DNA from: Desulfosoma sp.
Lineage (GTDB): Bacteria > Desulfobacterota > Syntrophobacteria > Syntrophobacterales > DSM-9756
Reading direction: 5' to 3'
Length of the DNA stretch: 64,000 nucleotides
Assembly: GCA_037481835.1 (NCBI GenBank)
Contig: JBBFKW010000015.1
Span: 61,228-125,227 of the forward strand
The notes under the pieces are model-generated. The model saw only the letters and a program-made list of their open reading frames with translations. It searched no databases and was not told the origin of the DNA. This document shows positions 1 through 11,900 of this stretch, in pieces; position 1 is the first letter of the stretch; each line of letters starts with the position of its first letter. A program made the position numbers and the translations under genes.

Positions 1-275
1 GCGCTCTTGCGCTCGCCGCGAAGGGTCAAGGTGTCGCCTTCCACGGAAATTTCGATGTCGCCGGGGTTGATTCCGGGAAGTTCGGCACGCACATAGAGGT
101 TATCCTTGTCCTCACTCACGTTGAGCGGCGGAAACACCCCGACCCTCAGCGGCCGAAACCCGCGGAATCCCGTGAACAGCCGATCCATTTCCCTGCGGAG
201 CCGATCCATTTCCCGTTCCATTTCTTCAAAGGGGCGAAAGAGATCTCCCTGGTCGGACCAGCGAATGAGTGCCAT
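1..275 (-). CDS. Hsp20/alpha-crystallin small heat-shock protein (runs off window start; absent from ORF track)
   Basis: Manual translation MALIRWSDQGDLFRPFEEMEREMDRL...FPPLNVSEDKDNLYVRAELPGINPGDIEISVEGDTLTLRGERKS; AAGGAGG RBS upstream. Confidence 0.93.
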   Translation of the reverse strand, partial: MALIRWSDQGDLFRPFEEMEREMDRLRREMDRLFTGFRGFRPLRVGVFPPLNVSEDKDNLYVRAELPGINPGDIEISVEGDTLTLRGERKS

Positions 276-336
276 GGCGGTGTCCTCCTTTCCTATTGAA
301 TTTATTTGAGAATCATCGTTTGTTCGGTTCGGTCAA

Positions 337-387
337 AAATTAAGTTCGGCTCACAAACCTGTCAAGACGACCCCATGGTCGTTGACA
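337..387. promoter_or_regulatory. Divergent promoter region hsp20 / MBL gene
   Basis: Minus strand TTGACA(365-360)-N17-TAATTT(342-337); plus strand TTGACA at 382-387; the two -35 boxes are the ends of an imperfect palindrome. Confidence 0.5.
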
Positions 388-450
388 ATGGGGGGAGAAT
401 CTCTTACGAGTCGCCGTGATGGGGACATCTCGAAAGGAGGGCGACGGGCG

Positions 451-1275
451 GTGAGGACTTTTGAAAAAGAAGACCCGCGGTTGGAAGGGATCGGCTGGGT
501 GGCCGATTCGGGACCGTGTTCGGGGGCCTATGTCCTGGATGGAGGGCGTTTGCTCATCGACACGGGCAACATGGTGGGGCTTGTGGACGAAATCCGGGAA
601 ATGGCGCCGTTGGAAAAGTTGGAGCGCATCGCCCTCACCCATACCCACTTCGACCACGTGGGGGGGATGGCCGAAATCTATCAAACGGTCGCCCCGGATG
701 TTCTCATGCATCGGATGGCTCGGGAATACGCGCGGTTGCTTCGTCATCCCTTTCCGGAATTTTTCCAGAGCCTGGAAGAAGCGGGAAAGATCCACTACGT
801 GAAGGACGGCGAGGACATCCCCGGCGTCGGCGTGCACGCCCTTCATCTTCCCGGGCACACGGCGGGAGACCTGTGTTTTTATATGCCGCAGGCACAGGCC
901 CTTTTCAGCGGTGATGCCGTCCTTCCCCACCAGGTGCGGTTTGCGGCGATTCTTTCCAAGCCCGATGAAATCTGCGGCGGTCGCATGAAGGACAAAGTGG
1001 AAAGCCTCAGGCGGCTTCTTCGTCTCCCCGTGGCGCACCTCTTCCCGGGACATGGGGAACCCGTGCTCCACAAAGGCGGTCATCAGATCAAAATCGCCCT
1101 GCTGACCCTCTATCAAGCCCTGTACGAAACGCCCCCCGAAAAGGCCTGGCTTTTCATGGCCGAGGACCTCCTTGAGGCCGACCAGCCTGAGGAAGCCTAC
1201 GAATGCGTGAAAAAGGCGCGGGCCATCGCCCCGGATTCGGAAGCGGTGGCCCGTGTCGCCGAAAAGTTTCGTTAG
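451..1275 (+). CDS. MBL-fold metallo-hydrolase with helical (TPR-like) C-terminus
   Basis: THTHFDHVGG, PGHT, FSGD, PGHG motifs; GTG at 451 after AAGGAGG. Confidence 0.88.
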   Translation: MRTFEKEDPRLEGIGWVADSGPCSGAYVLDGGRLLIDTGNMVGLVDEIREMAPLEKLERIALTHTHFDHVGGMAEIYQTVAPDVLMHRMAREYARLLRHPFPEFFQSLEEAGKIHYVKDGEDIPGVGVHALHLPGHTAGDLCFYMPQAQALFSGDAVLPHQVRFAAILSKPDEICGGRMKDKVESLRRLLRLPVAHLFPGHGEPVLHKGGHQIKIALLTLYQALYETPPEKAWLFMAEDLLEADQPEEAYECVKKARAIAPDSEAVARVAEKFR

Positions 1276-1345
1276 CCGTCCGGCCCGATCCGGGATCGGC
1301 GGCGGATTCCCGATGCCCGGGCCTCATGCCCTCTTGAACAAACCC

Positions 1346-1377
1346 GTAGGTTGGGGTGAGCGCAGCGAACCCCAACA
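1346..1377 (+). repeat. GTAG-type REP, 32 bp
   Basis: GTAGGTTGGGGTGAGCGCAGCGAACCCCAACA; 8-bp stem GTTGGGGT/ACCCCAAC; 10 full copies in window. Confidence 0.9.
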
Positions 1378-1450
1378 CCGCGCCCAACAATAATCCCGGT
1401 CGCGCTCACATGTCGCGCTCTCACAAGGAAGGGTGAAGCTGGAAAACCTG

Positions 1451-1568
1451 GAGCGTGTCCGACAATAACTTCCTTCCGGGAGCGCGGGCATCCCGCCCGC
1501 CCCACAGGTGAGCCGCAGGCCCAAGCTCCCAGGAAAAACATCCCCATTCTTTATTGTGGGACGCGCGG
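1451..1568. mobile_element. Degenerate MITE shell carrying a GGGAGCGCGGGC-type inverted doublet
   Basis: Left end GAGCGTGTCCGACAA, degenerate right end TTGTGGGACGCGCGG then CTAG; doublet 1476-1533 resembles 60220-60278. Confidence 0.55.
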
Positions 1569-1572
1569 CTAG

Positions 1573-1671
1573 GAGGCTGTCCGACAATTCGATTCTTGCC
1601 GATTTCAGCAACGTAAATTCAGATAGTTACGATGCCACAAACCACCAAAATCGGCATTCTCGGACAAGCTC
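1573..1671. mobile_element. 99-bp MITE flanked by CTAG on both sides
   Basis: Ends GAGGCTGTCCGACAA / TTCTCGGACAAGCTC; CTAG at 1569-1572 and 1672-1675; about 90/99 identical to the inverted copy at 15411-15509. Confidence 0.85.
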
Positions 1672-2040
1672 CTAGTTGGTTCCCACCAGCAAAACGATCT
1701 GGGTCTTTTCCTGATCTTTGGTGACCACCACGTGAACCATCTTGTCGCCTTTTTTCCAGTGGCCTTGGAGGCCCTCCGTGTGGGTCATTTCCATCTGGGT
1801 TTCCCATCCGGCCTTGGTGAGGGCTTCCTTGTAATAGGCGTAGGCTTTCTGAGGCGGATCCGAACTCGTCAGGACCACGTGGGAGCCTTGCGGGGTTTTC
1901 ATGGCCATTTCCACCTGAGCGCCAGGATATTGCGCTACGATGGCCTTGAGCTCCTCGGGGTAGTCGACTTGCGCCAGGGCAGGGGCGACCAGAAAGAAGG
2001 TGCACAGGACGAGGGCGATGGGCATAAGCCGAGGGTTCAT
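1672..2040 (-). CDS. Exported hypothetical protein
   Basis: Signal peptide MNPRLMPIALVLCTFFLVAPALA; GGAGG RBS. Confidence 0.8.
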   Translation of the reverse strand: MNPRLMPIALVLCTFFLVAPALAQVDYPEELKAIVAQYPGAQVEMAMKTPQGSHVVLTSSDPPQKAYAYYKEALTKAGWETQMEMTHTEGLQGHWKKGDKMVHVVVTKDQEKTQIVLLVGTN

Positions 2041-2144
2041 CTTAGCCTCCTGCATACATGAAGGGTCAACACAGCGCAGGCTTCACGACGGCGATCCGGC
2101 CGAAACGACGCCATCTTAGAGGCGGGAGCTCACAGGGGCAACGA

Positions 2145-2173
2145 AAAATTAAGGCCGGGGGGGCCCCCGGCCT
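2145..2173 (-). terminator. Intrinsic terminator after katG
   Basis: AGGCCGGGGG/CCCCCGGCCT stem followed by TAATTTTT on minus strand. Confidence 0.65.
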
Positions 2174-2179
2174 GCCGGC

Positions 2180-4838
<2,659 letters not shown>

Positions 4839-4871
4839 GCGCCATCCTTGGGTTTTCGGCGGATCCGTTTC

Positions 4872-4921
4872 GGAAAATGATTCTTGCAAGAAAACGTATC
4901 GTAAGAAAAAGACCGAGGCAA
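4872..4921 (-). promoter_or_regulatory. perR-katG promoter with candidate Fur/Per operator
   Basis: TTGCCT-N17-TACGTT then CAAGAAT-C-ATTTTCC (7-1-7-like). Confidence 0.45.
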
Positions 4922-5122
4922 GAAAAAAATGGTTTGTGTGAAAATAATTTTAGTGGCAATAAATGGAGCGCCCAGGTCGAAAGGTTCCAGGCTGCGGGGG
5001 GATCCGCTCCTTCCGGGTCGTTTGGCTCATGGGAATCCGCAATAGCCCCATGGGCATCCAGCCGATCGGGGGGACGCGGAAGTGTCCCAAGCAGGGCCGG
5101 CTGACCCCGAAAAAGAAAAGCC

Positions 5123-5269
5123 ATGGAATGGAAAAACATCTTCATCCCTTTGGAACCAATGGGTCAGCCGGCGGATGGTGCGGCGGCGGTTCTCTTTTTG
5201 GTTTCCGATGAGGCCGGCTATATTACGGGCCAGACTGTGAACGTGAGCGGCGGGTTGGCCACGGTCTGA
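5123..5269 (+). pseudogene. C-terminal remnant of an SDR/FabG-like oxidoreductase
   Basis: IPLEPMGQPADGAAAVLFLVSDEAGYITGQTVNVSGG is a typical SDR C-terminus; no Rossmann N-terminus upstream. Confidence 0.8.
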
Positions 5270-5309
5270 AAACCCGCTTTAAGACGTCGGTGCAGGAGAA
5301 AAAGATCCC

Positions 5310-5744
5310 ATGCTCTTTAAAGAATGCCTTTGCTTTCAGTTCGCGTCCCTCAGTCGCTCCATTTCGCGCTCATACCGGGAGCGGATCGCCCCTTACGGCC
5401 TCACCCAGGCGCAATTCTTCATGCTCATCGCCCTCTATGAAGAAAACGGAACCCTTCCCAGTCGCCTGGCTGAAAAGACCCATCTGGACCGACCCACCGT
5501 GACGGGCCTCATCGACCGGCTGGAACGGGACGGCTGGGTGGAGAGGCGCTTGGACCCCGAGGATCGGCGGTCGTTAAGGATTTTTCTCACGCCCAAGGCT
5601 ATGGAACACCGTCAGGATCTCTTGGCCGTCTATGATGAGGTGAACGGGTTTTTCTTGCAAAAGTTCAGTCCCGAGGAATGGCAAAGATTCCAGGAGTTCC
5701 TGGGGCGGCTCCGAGACGACGAGTCAGGAACCGCGGGGACGTAA
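5310..5744 (+). CDS. MarR-family regulator
   Basis: GLTQAQF, TVTGLIDRLERDGWVER, DRRSLRIFLT. Confidence 0.93.
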   Translation: MLFKECLCFQFASLSRSISRSYRERIAPYGLTQAQFFMLIALYEENGTLPSRLAEKTHLDRPTVTGLIDRLERDGWVERRLDPEDRRSLRIFLTPKAMEHRQDLLAVYDEVNGFFLQKFSPEEWQRFQEFLGRLRDDESGTAGT

Positions 5745-5768
5745 TGAGGCAAGGAAGGACGAAGAGCG

Positions 5769-6404
5769 ATGAAGGTTTTGGCGATAAATGGAAGCCACCG
5801 AAAGGGGATGAACACGGCCGCCATGCTCCAAATCGTCCTGGACGAGGCCGCTCGGGGCGGAGCGGAAACGGAGCTGGTGGAACTTGTGGACTGTCGCATC
5901 GAATACTGCCTGTCCTGTAACCAGTGCCTCCGGGAACCCCGGTGTTCCATCCAGGATGACGACATGGCGGCGATCGCCGAAAAGATGCTGGCCTCCGATG
6001 CCGTGATCCTCGGCTCCCCGGTCTATTTCGGCAACGTCACGGCCCGATTGAAAACCTTCATGGACCGAACCCGGTGGCTTCACATGCGTGAAAACCTTCT
6101 GGAGGGAAAGTTGGGGGCGGCCCTTACCCATGCGGGCTTAAGAAACGGCGGCCAGGAGATGACCCAGATGATCCTGGAGCGGTTCCTCTTGTCCCACGGC
6201 TTTCAGCTTGTGGAACCCCGGGAACCCGGCCGGCCCATTTACAATTCGGCGGTCATGGGAACCCTTTTTGACTCGCTGGACGGTGAGCGGTTCCGCTGGC
6301 GAAAGGGGGCCCTGGAAGATGATCTCGCCGTGGCCATGTGCCGGGCCTTGGGCCGAAATGTGCTGCGCCGAGCTGCAGCGCGCAAGAGAGCGGAAATCCC
6401 TTGA
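5769..6404 (+). CDS. Iron-sulfur flavoprotein / NADPH-dependent FMN reductase family
   Basis: INGSHR..NT, CLSCNQC-X5-C, GSPVYFG..LKTFMDR. Confidence 0.9.
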   Translation: MKVLAINGSHRKGMNTAAMLQIVLDEAARGGAETELVELVDCRIEYCLSCNQCLREPRCSIQDDDMAAIAEKMLASDAVILGSPVYFGNVTARLKTFMDRTRWLHMRENLLEGKLGAALTHAGLRNGGQEMTQMILERFLLSHGFQLVEPREPGRPIYNSAVMGTLFDSLDGERFRWRKGALEDDLAVAMCRALGRNVLRRAAARKRAEIP

Positions 6405-6503
6405 GGAACAGGGCGACGGGGCTGTTGCCATATGAACAGCTGGGGGCCCGGAAATGTCTTGGGTTCCGCATTGTGCCCGCGGTTCTGCGCTTGAAGGGGG
6501 GCC

Positions 6504-6917
6504 ATGGTGTCGCAGGATTTTGAACATATTTACGAAAGGATGTCGAGAATTCCAGCGCTTCACTTCTTGGGGGTTCGTCTTGTGGGTCTGGAGCCGGGTC
6601 GGGCCAGGCTTCACTTGCCCTTCCGGCAGGAGTTCTGCAATTCGATGGGGATGCTCCAGGGAGGTTTCATCACCGCGGTGGCGGACGCTGCGGGCGGCCT
6701 GGCGGCCCTCACCACGGTGCCCTCCGGCTGGGTGGCGCCCACCATTGAATTGAAGCTAAATTTCCTGGAACCCGTCCGTTCCTCGGTGGTGGCCACGGGG
6801 ACGGTCCTTCGCAGCGGATCCCATGTGGCCGTTAGCTATGTGGAAGTGCACTTGGAAGACGGCACCCTGGCGGCTGCAGGCATCGCCACCTTCCGGCTCA
6901 TAGGTCCTGAAGGGTGA
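6504..6917 (+). CDS. PaaI-family thioesterase
   Basis: NSMGMLQGG...D, TIELKLNFLEP hot-dog signature. Confidence 0.9.
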   Translation: MVSQDFEHIYERMSRIPALHFLGVRLVGLEPGRARLHLPFRQEFCNSMGMLQGGFITAVADAAGGLAALTTVPSGWVAPTIELKLNFLEPVRSSVVATGTVLRSGSHVAVSYVEVHLEDGTLAAAGIATFRLIGPEG

Positions 6918-6960
6918 TGCGCGGCAACGGAGCCCGTCCATTCAATGCGAAAGAAAAGAG

Positions 6961-7020
6961 CGCCTCGGCGGCTTGGCGCGAGGGAAAAAAGGTCTCGCGC
7001 AAAGACGCAAAGGCGCAAAG
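6961..7020. repeat. Short inverted doublet of CTCGCGCAAAGACGCAAAG type
   Basis: CCTCGGCGGCTTGGCGCGAG...CTCGCGCAAAGACGCAAAGG imperfect inverted pair with GCAAAG iterations. Confidence 0.45.
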
Positions 7021-7053
7021 AAAGCCTCGTGAGCGGAAGTGGGACACCTTTAT

Positions 7054-7449
7054 ATGAAGGTCTCCCTAATATAGCGTAATCACTAGACTTTCATGCTTCG
7101 TTGTCACGGGCTGCCCGTGATGGGGCTTTATGGAAAGTCGCGGTCGAAATCCGGGAGGGCAGGACTTTCAGGGTTCGTTGTCTCGCCGGATCCAGGTCTG
7201 GGTTGGGGTTCGCTTTGCTCACCCCAACCTACGAGTTTATTCAAGGATTTTGGCCGGCGACTGTAGGTTGGGGTGAGCGCAGCGAACCCCAACAAAAATC
7301 AGGGATACGCTCGCACGTCGCGGTGACACAATGAAGGATGACACGAGAGCCCCCCGGAGCGGGTCGGAGAATCTTCAAATGAAAGTCTCGGTAACACACC
7401 GTAACCACAAGACTTTCATCCTTCGTTGTCTCGCCCCGCGTGATGGGGG
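7054..7449. repeat. Composite repeat island (module A - module B containing GTAG REP pair - TIR - module A)
   Basis: Module A (ATGAA.GTCT...AGACTTTCAT.CTTCGTTGTC...CGTGATGGG) at 7054-7125 and 7379-7449, also 43526-43595; REPs at 7201-7232(-) and 7263-7294(+). Confidence 0.85.
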
Positions 7450-7551
7450 TGATTGTCAACTTTCATCCATGCGGGGTGGCCTAAGGGCGACCGTGATCGT
7501 TTAGAGCGATCCCTTTCGGGCCGGGGCGAGCGCGCTCGGGAAAGGAGACGG

Positions 7552-9666
7552 ATGTCGGCCATGGATCCACTCTTTCATCCACAATCGGTCGCTGTCGTTG
7601 GGGTGTCGACCTCAGCGGACAACCTGGGGAAGAACATCGTCAAAAACCTCTTGAATTTCGGTTACGAGGGAAAAATCTATCCCGTGGGGCCTCGCCCGGG
7701 CCGGGTGGAAGGATTGCCGATTTTTTCATCGGTTGCGGAGCTTCCGGAGAAGCCCGATGTGGCCGTTATTTTGACCCCGGCCCGGTTTGTTCCCGATATT
7801 GTTTCCCAATGCGGGGAACGGGGGGTTCGCTGGGCCGTCATTCAGACGGGCGGCTTTCGGGAATCCGGGCCGGACGGGATGGCCTTGGAAAGGCGCCTGC
7901 TTGAGTCGGCCGATCGCTATGGTCTTCGCTTTGTGGGCCCCAACTGCCTGGGCGTTATGAATACCTTCACGGGATTTTCCGTTCCTTTCATCACGCTGCC
8001 TTCCACGTACCGCAAAGGACCCGTGGCCGTCATGGCCCAGAGCGGCGGCATGGGCCTATCCCTCGTCGAACGGCTCAGCACGTCGGGCGTGGGGTTCGGC
8101 AAGTTCGTGAGCCTGGGAAACAAGCTCGTCCTGGATGAAGTGGACTACTTGAGCTATCTCATCGAAGATCCCCAAACGGAGATCCTCTACTTTTATCTGG
8201 AAGACTTTAAAAGGGGTCGGGACTTCTTCCGGCTCGCCGCGAAGAGTCCCAAGCCCATCATTCTGCACAAGTCCAACACATCGCCCATCAGTCGAACCAT
8301 CGCCCAGTCCCATACGGCGGCTCTTGCGGCCGATGACCGCCTGGTGGACCAGCTGGCCCGGGCCGCCGGCGTTGTGCGGGTCCGGTCGGTGTCCCAGGCC
8401 GTCCAGGCGGCCAAGGCCTTCTCCATGCCGCGGCTTCGCGGGAACAATCTGGCGGTGCTTTCCCGGTCGGGGGGCCATGCCGTGGTCGCGGCGGACACGT
8501 GTGGTGAGTTCGGCTTTCGCTTCCCGCCGCTCTGCCAAGAGGTCCTGGAGGAAATCCAACGGCATGCGCGTGCGGGTGTGATCCGGCCGGGCAATCCGCT
8601 GGATCTGGGAGATATTTACGATCTGAACGTCTATTTCGGCATCGCGGAAAAGGTCTTGAAGCAGCCCGATATAGACGGGGTCGTCCACGTCCATGTCTCC
8701 CACATGCCCGTCGAAAAGGACGCCACTCGGAAACTGCTCGCAAAACTGGAGCGCCTGGCGGGGGAGTACCGCAAGCCTGTCTCTGTCGTTGTGGAAGTGC
8801 CCTTCGAGGATCGGACGGCCGTGGAAAAGGAGGCTTCCTATCCGTTCTTTTTGGATGTGCGGGAGGCCGTGGAAGCGCTGGCCATGCACCGCAGAGTCCC
8901 CTCGCAACCAGGCGGTGGCCCTGAGGCTCTTTTAAAGGAAGGCGCCGCACCGCCTTGGTACGATGCGGCGGCGACATGGATAGAGGCGCAACGCCCCCTG
9001 CAACGCCAGCCCATGGTTCACGAAGGCCTGGAGCTCCTTCGGATCCTGGACATCCCCACGGCCTCGTGGGCGCTCACCCGGTCGGTGGACGATGCGCGGG
9101 ATGCCGCCGCGTCTTTTGGCTATCCCGTGGTCCTGAAGGCGGTGGGGAAGTCCCTGGTGCACAAGAGCGATCTCGGCGGGGTGGCGGTCGGCATCGAGGA
9201 TGAGGGCGCGTTGGTGGAAGCCTGGCGGCGCCTTGCTTCGCTGTGCGACGATCTGGAGGGCGTCCTGGTTCAGAAGATGGTCAAGGGCATGCGCGAGCTG
9301 ATTGTAGGCGCCCATCGGGACCCTGTTTTCGGTGCCGTGGTCCTTGTGGGGCAGGGAGGGATCTTGGTGGAACTCCTTCAGGATGTGAACATGCGGCTTG
9401 CCCCTGTCGATGAGGCCCTGGCTCTGGAGATGATCCAAGAGCTCCGATGCTCCCCCGTGCTGGGCCCCTACCGGGGTTTCCGAGCGGCCGACATCGCCTC
9501 GGCGGGGGATGCGCTGGCCAAAATTTCCCTTTTGATTCATTGTTTTGACGTGATCCGGGAAGTGGACATCAACCCGATCCTTTTGGGAGATCGCGGGGAA
9601 CAGGGCGTGGCCGTGGATGCACGGGTGCTTCTGGAGATGCCGAACCATGAAGATCCTCTAGTGTGA
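7552..9666 (+). CDS. Acetate/acyl-CoA ligase (ADP-forming), fused alpha-beta
   Basis: SVAVVGVS, GPNCLG, AQSGG, SHT phospho-His, HKSDLGGV, DINP. Confidence 0.92.
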   Translation: MSAMDPLFHPQSVAVVGVSTSADNLGKNIVKNLLNFGYEGKIYPVGPRPGRVEGLPIFSSVAELPEKPDVAVILTPARFVPDIVSQCGERGVRWAVIQTGGFRESGPDGMALERRLLESADRYGLRFVGPNCLGVMNTFTGFSVPFITLPSTYRKGPVAVMAQSGGMGLSLVERLSTSGVGFGKFVSLGNKLVLDEVDYLSYLIEDPQTEILYFYLEDFKRGRDFFRLAAKSPKPIILHKSNTSPISRTIAQSHTAALAADDRLVDQLARAAGVVRVRSVSQAVQAAKAFSMPRLRGNNLAVLSRSGGHAVVAADTCGEFGFRFPPLCQEVLEEIQRHARAGVIRPGNPLDLGDIYDLNVYFGIAEKVLKQPDIDGVVHVHVSHMPVEKDATRKLLAKLERLAGEYRKPVSVVVEVPFEDRTAVEKEASYPFFLDVREAVEALAMHRRVPSQPGGGPEALLKEGAAPPWYDAAATWIEAQRPLQRQPMVHEGLELLRILDIPTASWALTRSVDDARDAAASFGYPVVLKAVGKSLVHKSDLGGVAVGIEDEGALVEAWRRLASLCDDLEGVLVQKMVKGMRELIVGAHRDPVFGAVVLVGQGGILVELLQDVNMRLAPVDEALALEMIQELRCSPVLGPYRGFRAADIASAGDALAKISLLIHCFDVIREVDINPILLGDRGEQGVAVDARVLLEMPNHEDPLV

Positions 9667-9703
9667 CAACCCAGGATTTGGGCTCTGGGAAAAGGAGGCG
9701 AAG

Positions 9704-11842
9704 ATGCACAAGCACGGCGGTGAAGATTTTGAGACTTTTCAGGCCCTGTTTTCTCCCCGGTCTGTGGCGGTGGTGGGGGCGTCCACCCACGGCGGCAAGG
9801 TGGGAAATTTTGTCCTGCGCTCGGCTTTGGCATCGGGCGTGGAAAAGATCTACCCGGTCCATGCGGGCGGGGCGCAAGAGATCCTGGGCCGGCGGGCCTA
9901 CCCGTCCATCGAAGCCATTCCGGACGATGCGGTGGATCTCTTTCTTTTTGCCGTTCCCCAGCACCATATCCTGAAAGGGTTCGAAGCGGCCGTGGCCAAG
10001 GGATGCCGCGGGGCCGTCATCTTCACGGCCGGGTTCCGTGAGGCGGGGGAGGAGGGGCGTCGCGATCAGCAGCGTTTGAAAGCCATGGCCGATGAAGCAG
10101 GGGTGAAGATCATCGGGCCCAACACCATGGGCTTTTTCCGGTCGCAGAGCCGCACGAACGCGACGTTTATGCCGGTGCTGTCCGATTTTTTCACGGAACC
10201 CGGCACCATTACCGTGGTGAGCCAAAGCGGCGGAGTGGCGGGTTTTGCGGCCATTCGCTTCTTGGAAGACCATATCCCCATGGGCACGCTCGTCTGCCTG
10301 GGCAACCGCGCCAATGTGGAATTTGCCGACATGCTCGATTTTTGCGCAAAAGACGACAAGACTGCGGTCGTGGCCCTTTTCATCGAGGGGTTGGACGATG
10401 TGCGGCGCTTTTATGAAGCAGCGGTGCGGTGCGCGTCCCGAAAACCTGTGGTCGTCCTCGGCGCCGGTTATACGGAGGCCGGCCGCAAGGTCGCTCGATC
10501 CCACACGGGCAGCATGGCGCAGTCGCAAGCCATCTACGAAGCGGCGTTTCGTCAGGCGGGCTTGGTTCAGGTGCACACGGTGGAAGAATTGGTGGACACG
10601 GCCAAGATTCTTGCTTTGAGCCCGCCACTGCGGGGGAACCGTGTGGCCGTGATCACCCACACGGCGGGTCCTTCCGTGTTGGCCTCCGATGTCCTGTCTC
10701 GAAAAGGCCTGGTTTTGGCGGACCTCGCCCCAGAAACCAAGGAAGCCCTGGTTTCCCGGAAGGTTCTCGCCTCTTTTATGCCCGCGGATAACCCCGTGGA
10801 TCTCACCACGTTCGGTTACCTGGATCGCCGCCTCTATGTGGACACATTGGAGGTCTTGGGCACGGATCCCGGGGTGGACGCCACGCTGGCCGTCTGCATT
10901 TCCGCGCTGGGGGACCCTCAGGTGGACCCATTCCCCATGGAGGAGTTCGGACGCAGGGCGAAGGAATCCGGAAAGCCCGCCGTCTTTGTGTGGGGGGCTC
11001 CGTCTTCAGCCGCCGATGAGTTCAAAGCCTGGATGCGGGCCGGTGTGGCGGCCTATCCCACGGCGGAACGGGCCGCGGCGGCCCTGGCCAACCTCCATCG
11101 GGCGTCCCGACTGCGAGAACGCCCGAAGGATGCCGCACCCCCGCCGGAATTTCCTCGGGAACTTTCCGATGCGGTGGCCGAACTTCGATCGTCGGGCCGG
11201 GGGCACCTCTTGGAACACCAGGCCAAGTGGATCCTGGAACTGGCCGGCATCCGGACCGCCCGGGCCGTTTTGGCTTCCAGCGAGGACGAGGCGGCTTCCA
11301 TGGCGCTCAAGATCGGCTATCCGGTGGCGCTCAAGATCGCATCGGAAGACGTCGCCCACAAGAGCGACGTGGGCGGCGTGGCGCTCCACCTTGCGGATGA
11401 GGAGGCCCTTCGCCGGGCTTACCGGCGCATGATGGAGACCGTGGCCCGGAAGGCTCACGGAGCCCGCCTGGAAGGGGTGTGCGTGCAGCCCATGGTGCCG
11501 GCGGGAACGGAGATCATCGTGGGCGGAGTCCGGGACCCCCAGGCCGGCCCGGTGGTCATGTTCGGCCTGGGCGGGATCTGGGTGGAAGCCCTCCGGGACG
11601 TGGCGTTCCGGTTGGCCCCCGTCACGGAAGCGGACGCTCGGGAGATGATGGCCGAGATCCAAGGGGCGGCCGTCCTGGACGGCCTCCGGGGGGCGCCGCC
11701 CGTCGATAAGGACGCCCTGGCGCGCCTCATCGTCGCCGTCTCCCACCTCATGGCCCGCTACCCGATCCGGGAATTGGACTGCAACCCGGTCATCTTCCAC
11801 GACGACACCTACACGGTGGCCGACGCCCGCATGACCTTGTGA
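9704..11842 (+). CDS. Acetate/acyl-CoA ligase (ADP-forming), second paralog
   Basis: SVAVVGAS, GPNTMG, SQSGG, SHTGS, HKSDVGGV, FGLGG. Confidence 0.93.
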   Translation: MHKHGGEDFETFQALFSPRSVAVVGASTHGGKVGNFVLRSALASGVEKIYPVHAGGAQEILGRRAYPSIEAIPDDAVDLFLFAVPQHHILKGFEAAVAKGCRGAVIFTAGFREAGEEGRRDQQRLKAMADEAGVKIIGPNTMGFFRSQSRTNATFMPVLSDFFTEPGTITVVSQSGGVAGFAAIRFLEDHIPMGTLVCLGNRANVEFADMLDFCAKDDKTAVVALFIEGLDDVRRFYEAAVRCASRKPVVVLGAGYTEAGRKVARSHTGSMAQSQAIYEAAFRQAGLVQVHTVEELVDTAKILALSPPLRGNRVAVITHTAGPSVLASDVLSRKGLVLADLAPETKEALVSRKVLASFMPADNPVDLTTFGYLDRRLYVDTLEVLGTDPGVDATLAVCISALGDPQVDPFPMEEFGRRAKESGKPAVFVWGAPSSAADEFKAWMRAGVAAYPTAERAAAALANLHRASRLRERPKDAAPPPEFPRELSDAVAELRSSGRGHLLEHQAKWILELAGIRTARAVLASSEDEAASMALKIGYPVALKIASEDVAHKSDVGGVALHLADEEALRRAYRRMMETVARKAHGARLEGVCVQPMVPAGTEIIVGGVRDPQAGPVVMFGLGGIWVEALRDVAFRLAPVTEADAREMMAEIQGAAVLDGLRGAPPVDKDALARLIVAVSHLMARYPIRELDCNPVIFHDDTYTVADARMTL

Positions 11843-11900
11843 CGGGCGCTCCCTGGTGTCGGCCCCCGACAGGGGCGCGCAAGCCGGAAAGGAGGATGTC

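Noticed and set aside
276..365. CIRCE or HAIR operator at hsp20
   Set aside because: Neither TTAGCACTC-N9-GAGTGCTAA nor CTTGAGT-N7-ACTCAAG is present
1324..1611. Apparent paralogous ORFs starting ML(K/R)SARIE (also 15471-15947) and ORFs containing CWGSLRSPQPT or MLGFASLTPTY
   Set aside because: Translations of MITE and REP DNA, not genes
6993..7025. c-di-GMP-I riboswitch (GACGCAAAG)
   Set aside because: Lacks the GGCAAAC-GAAA stem; better explained as a GCAAAG-iterated repeat
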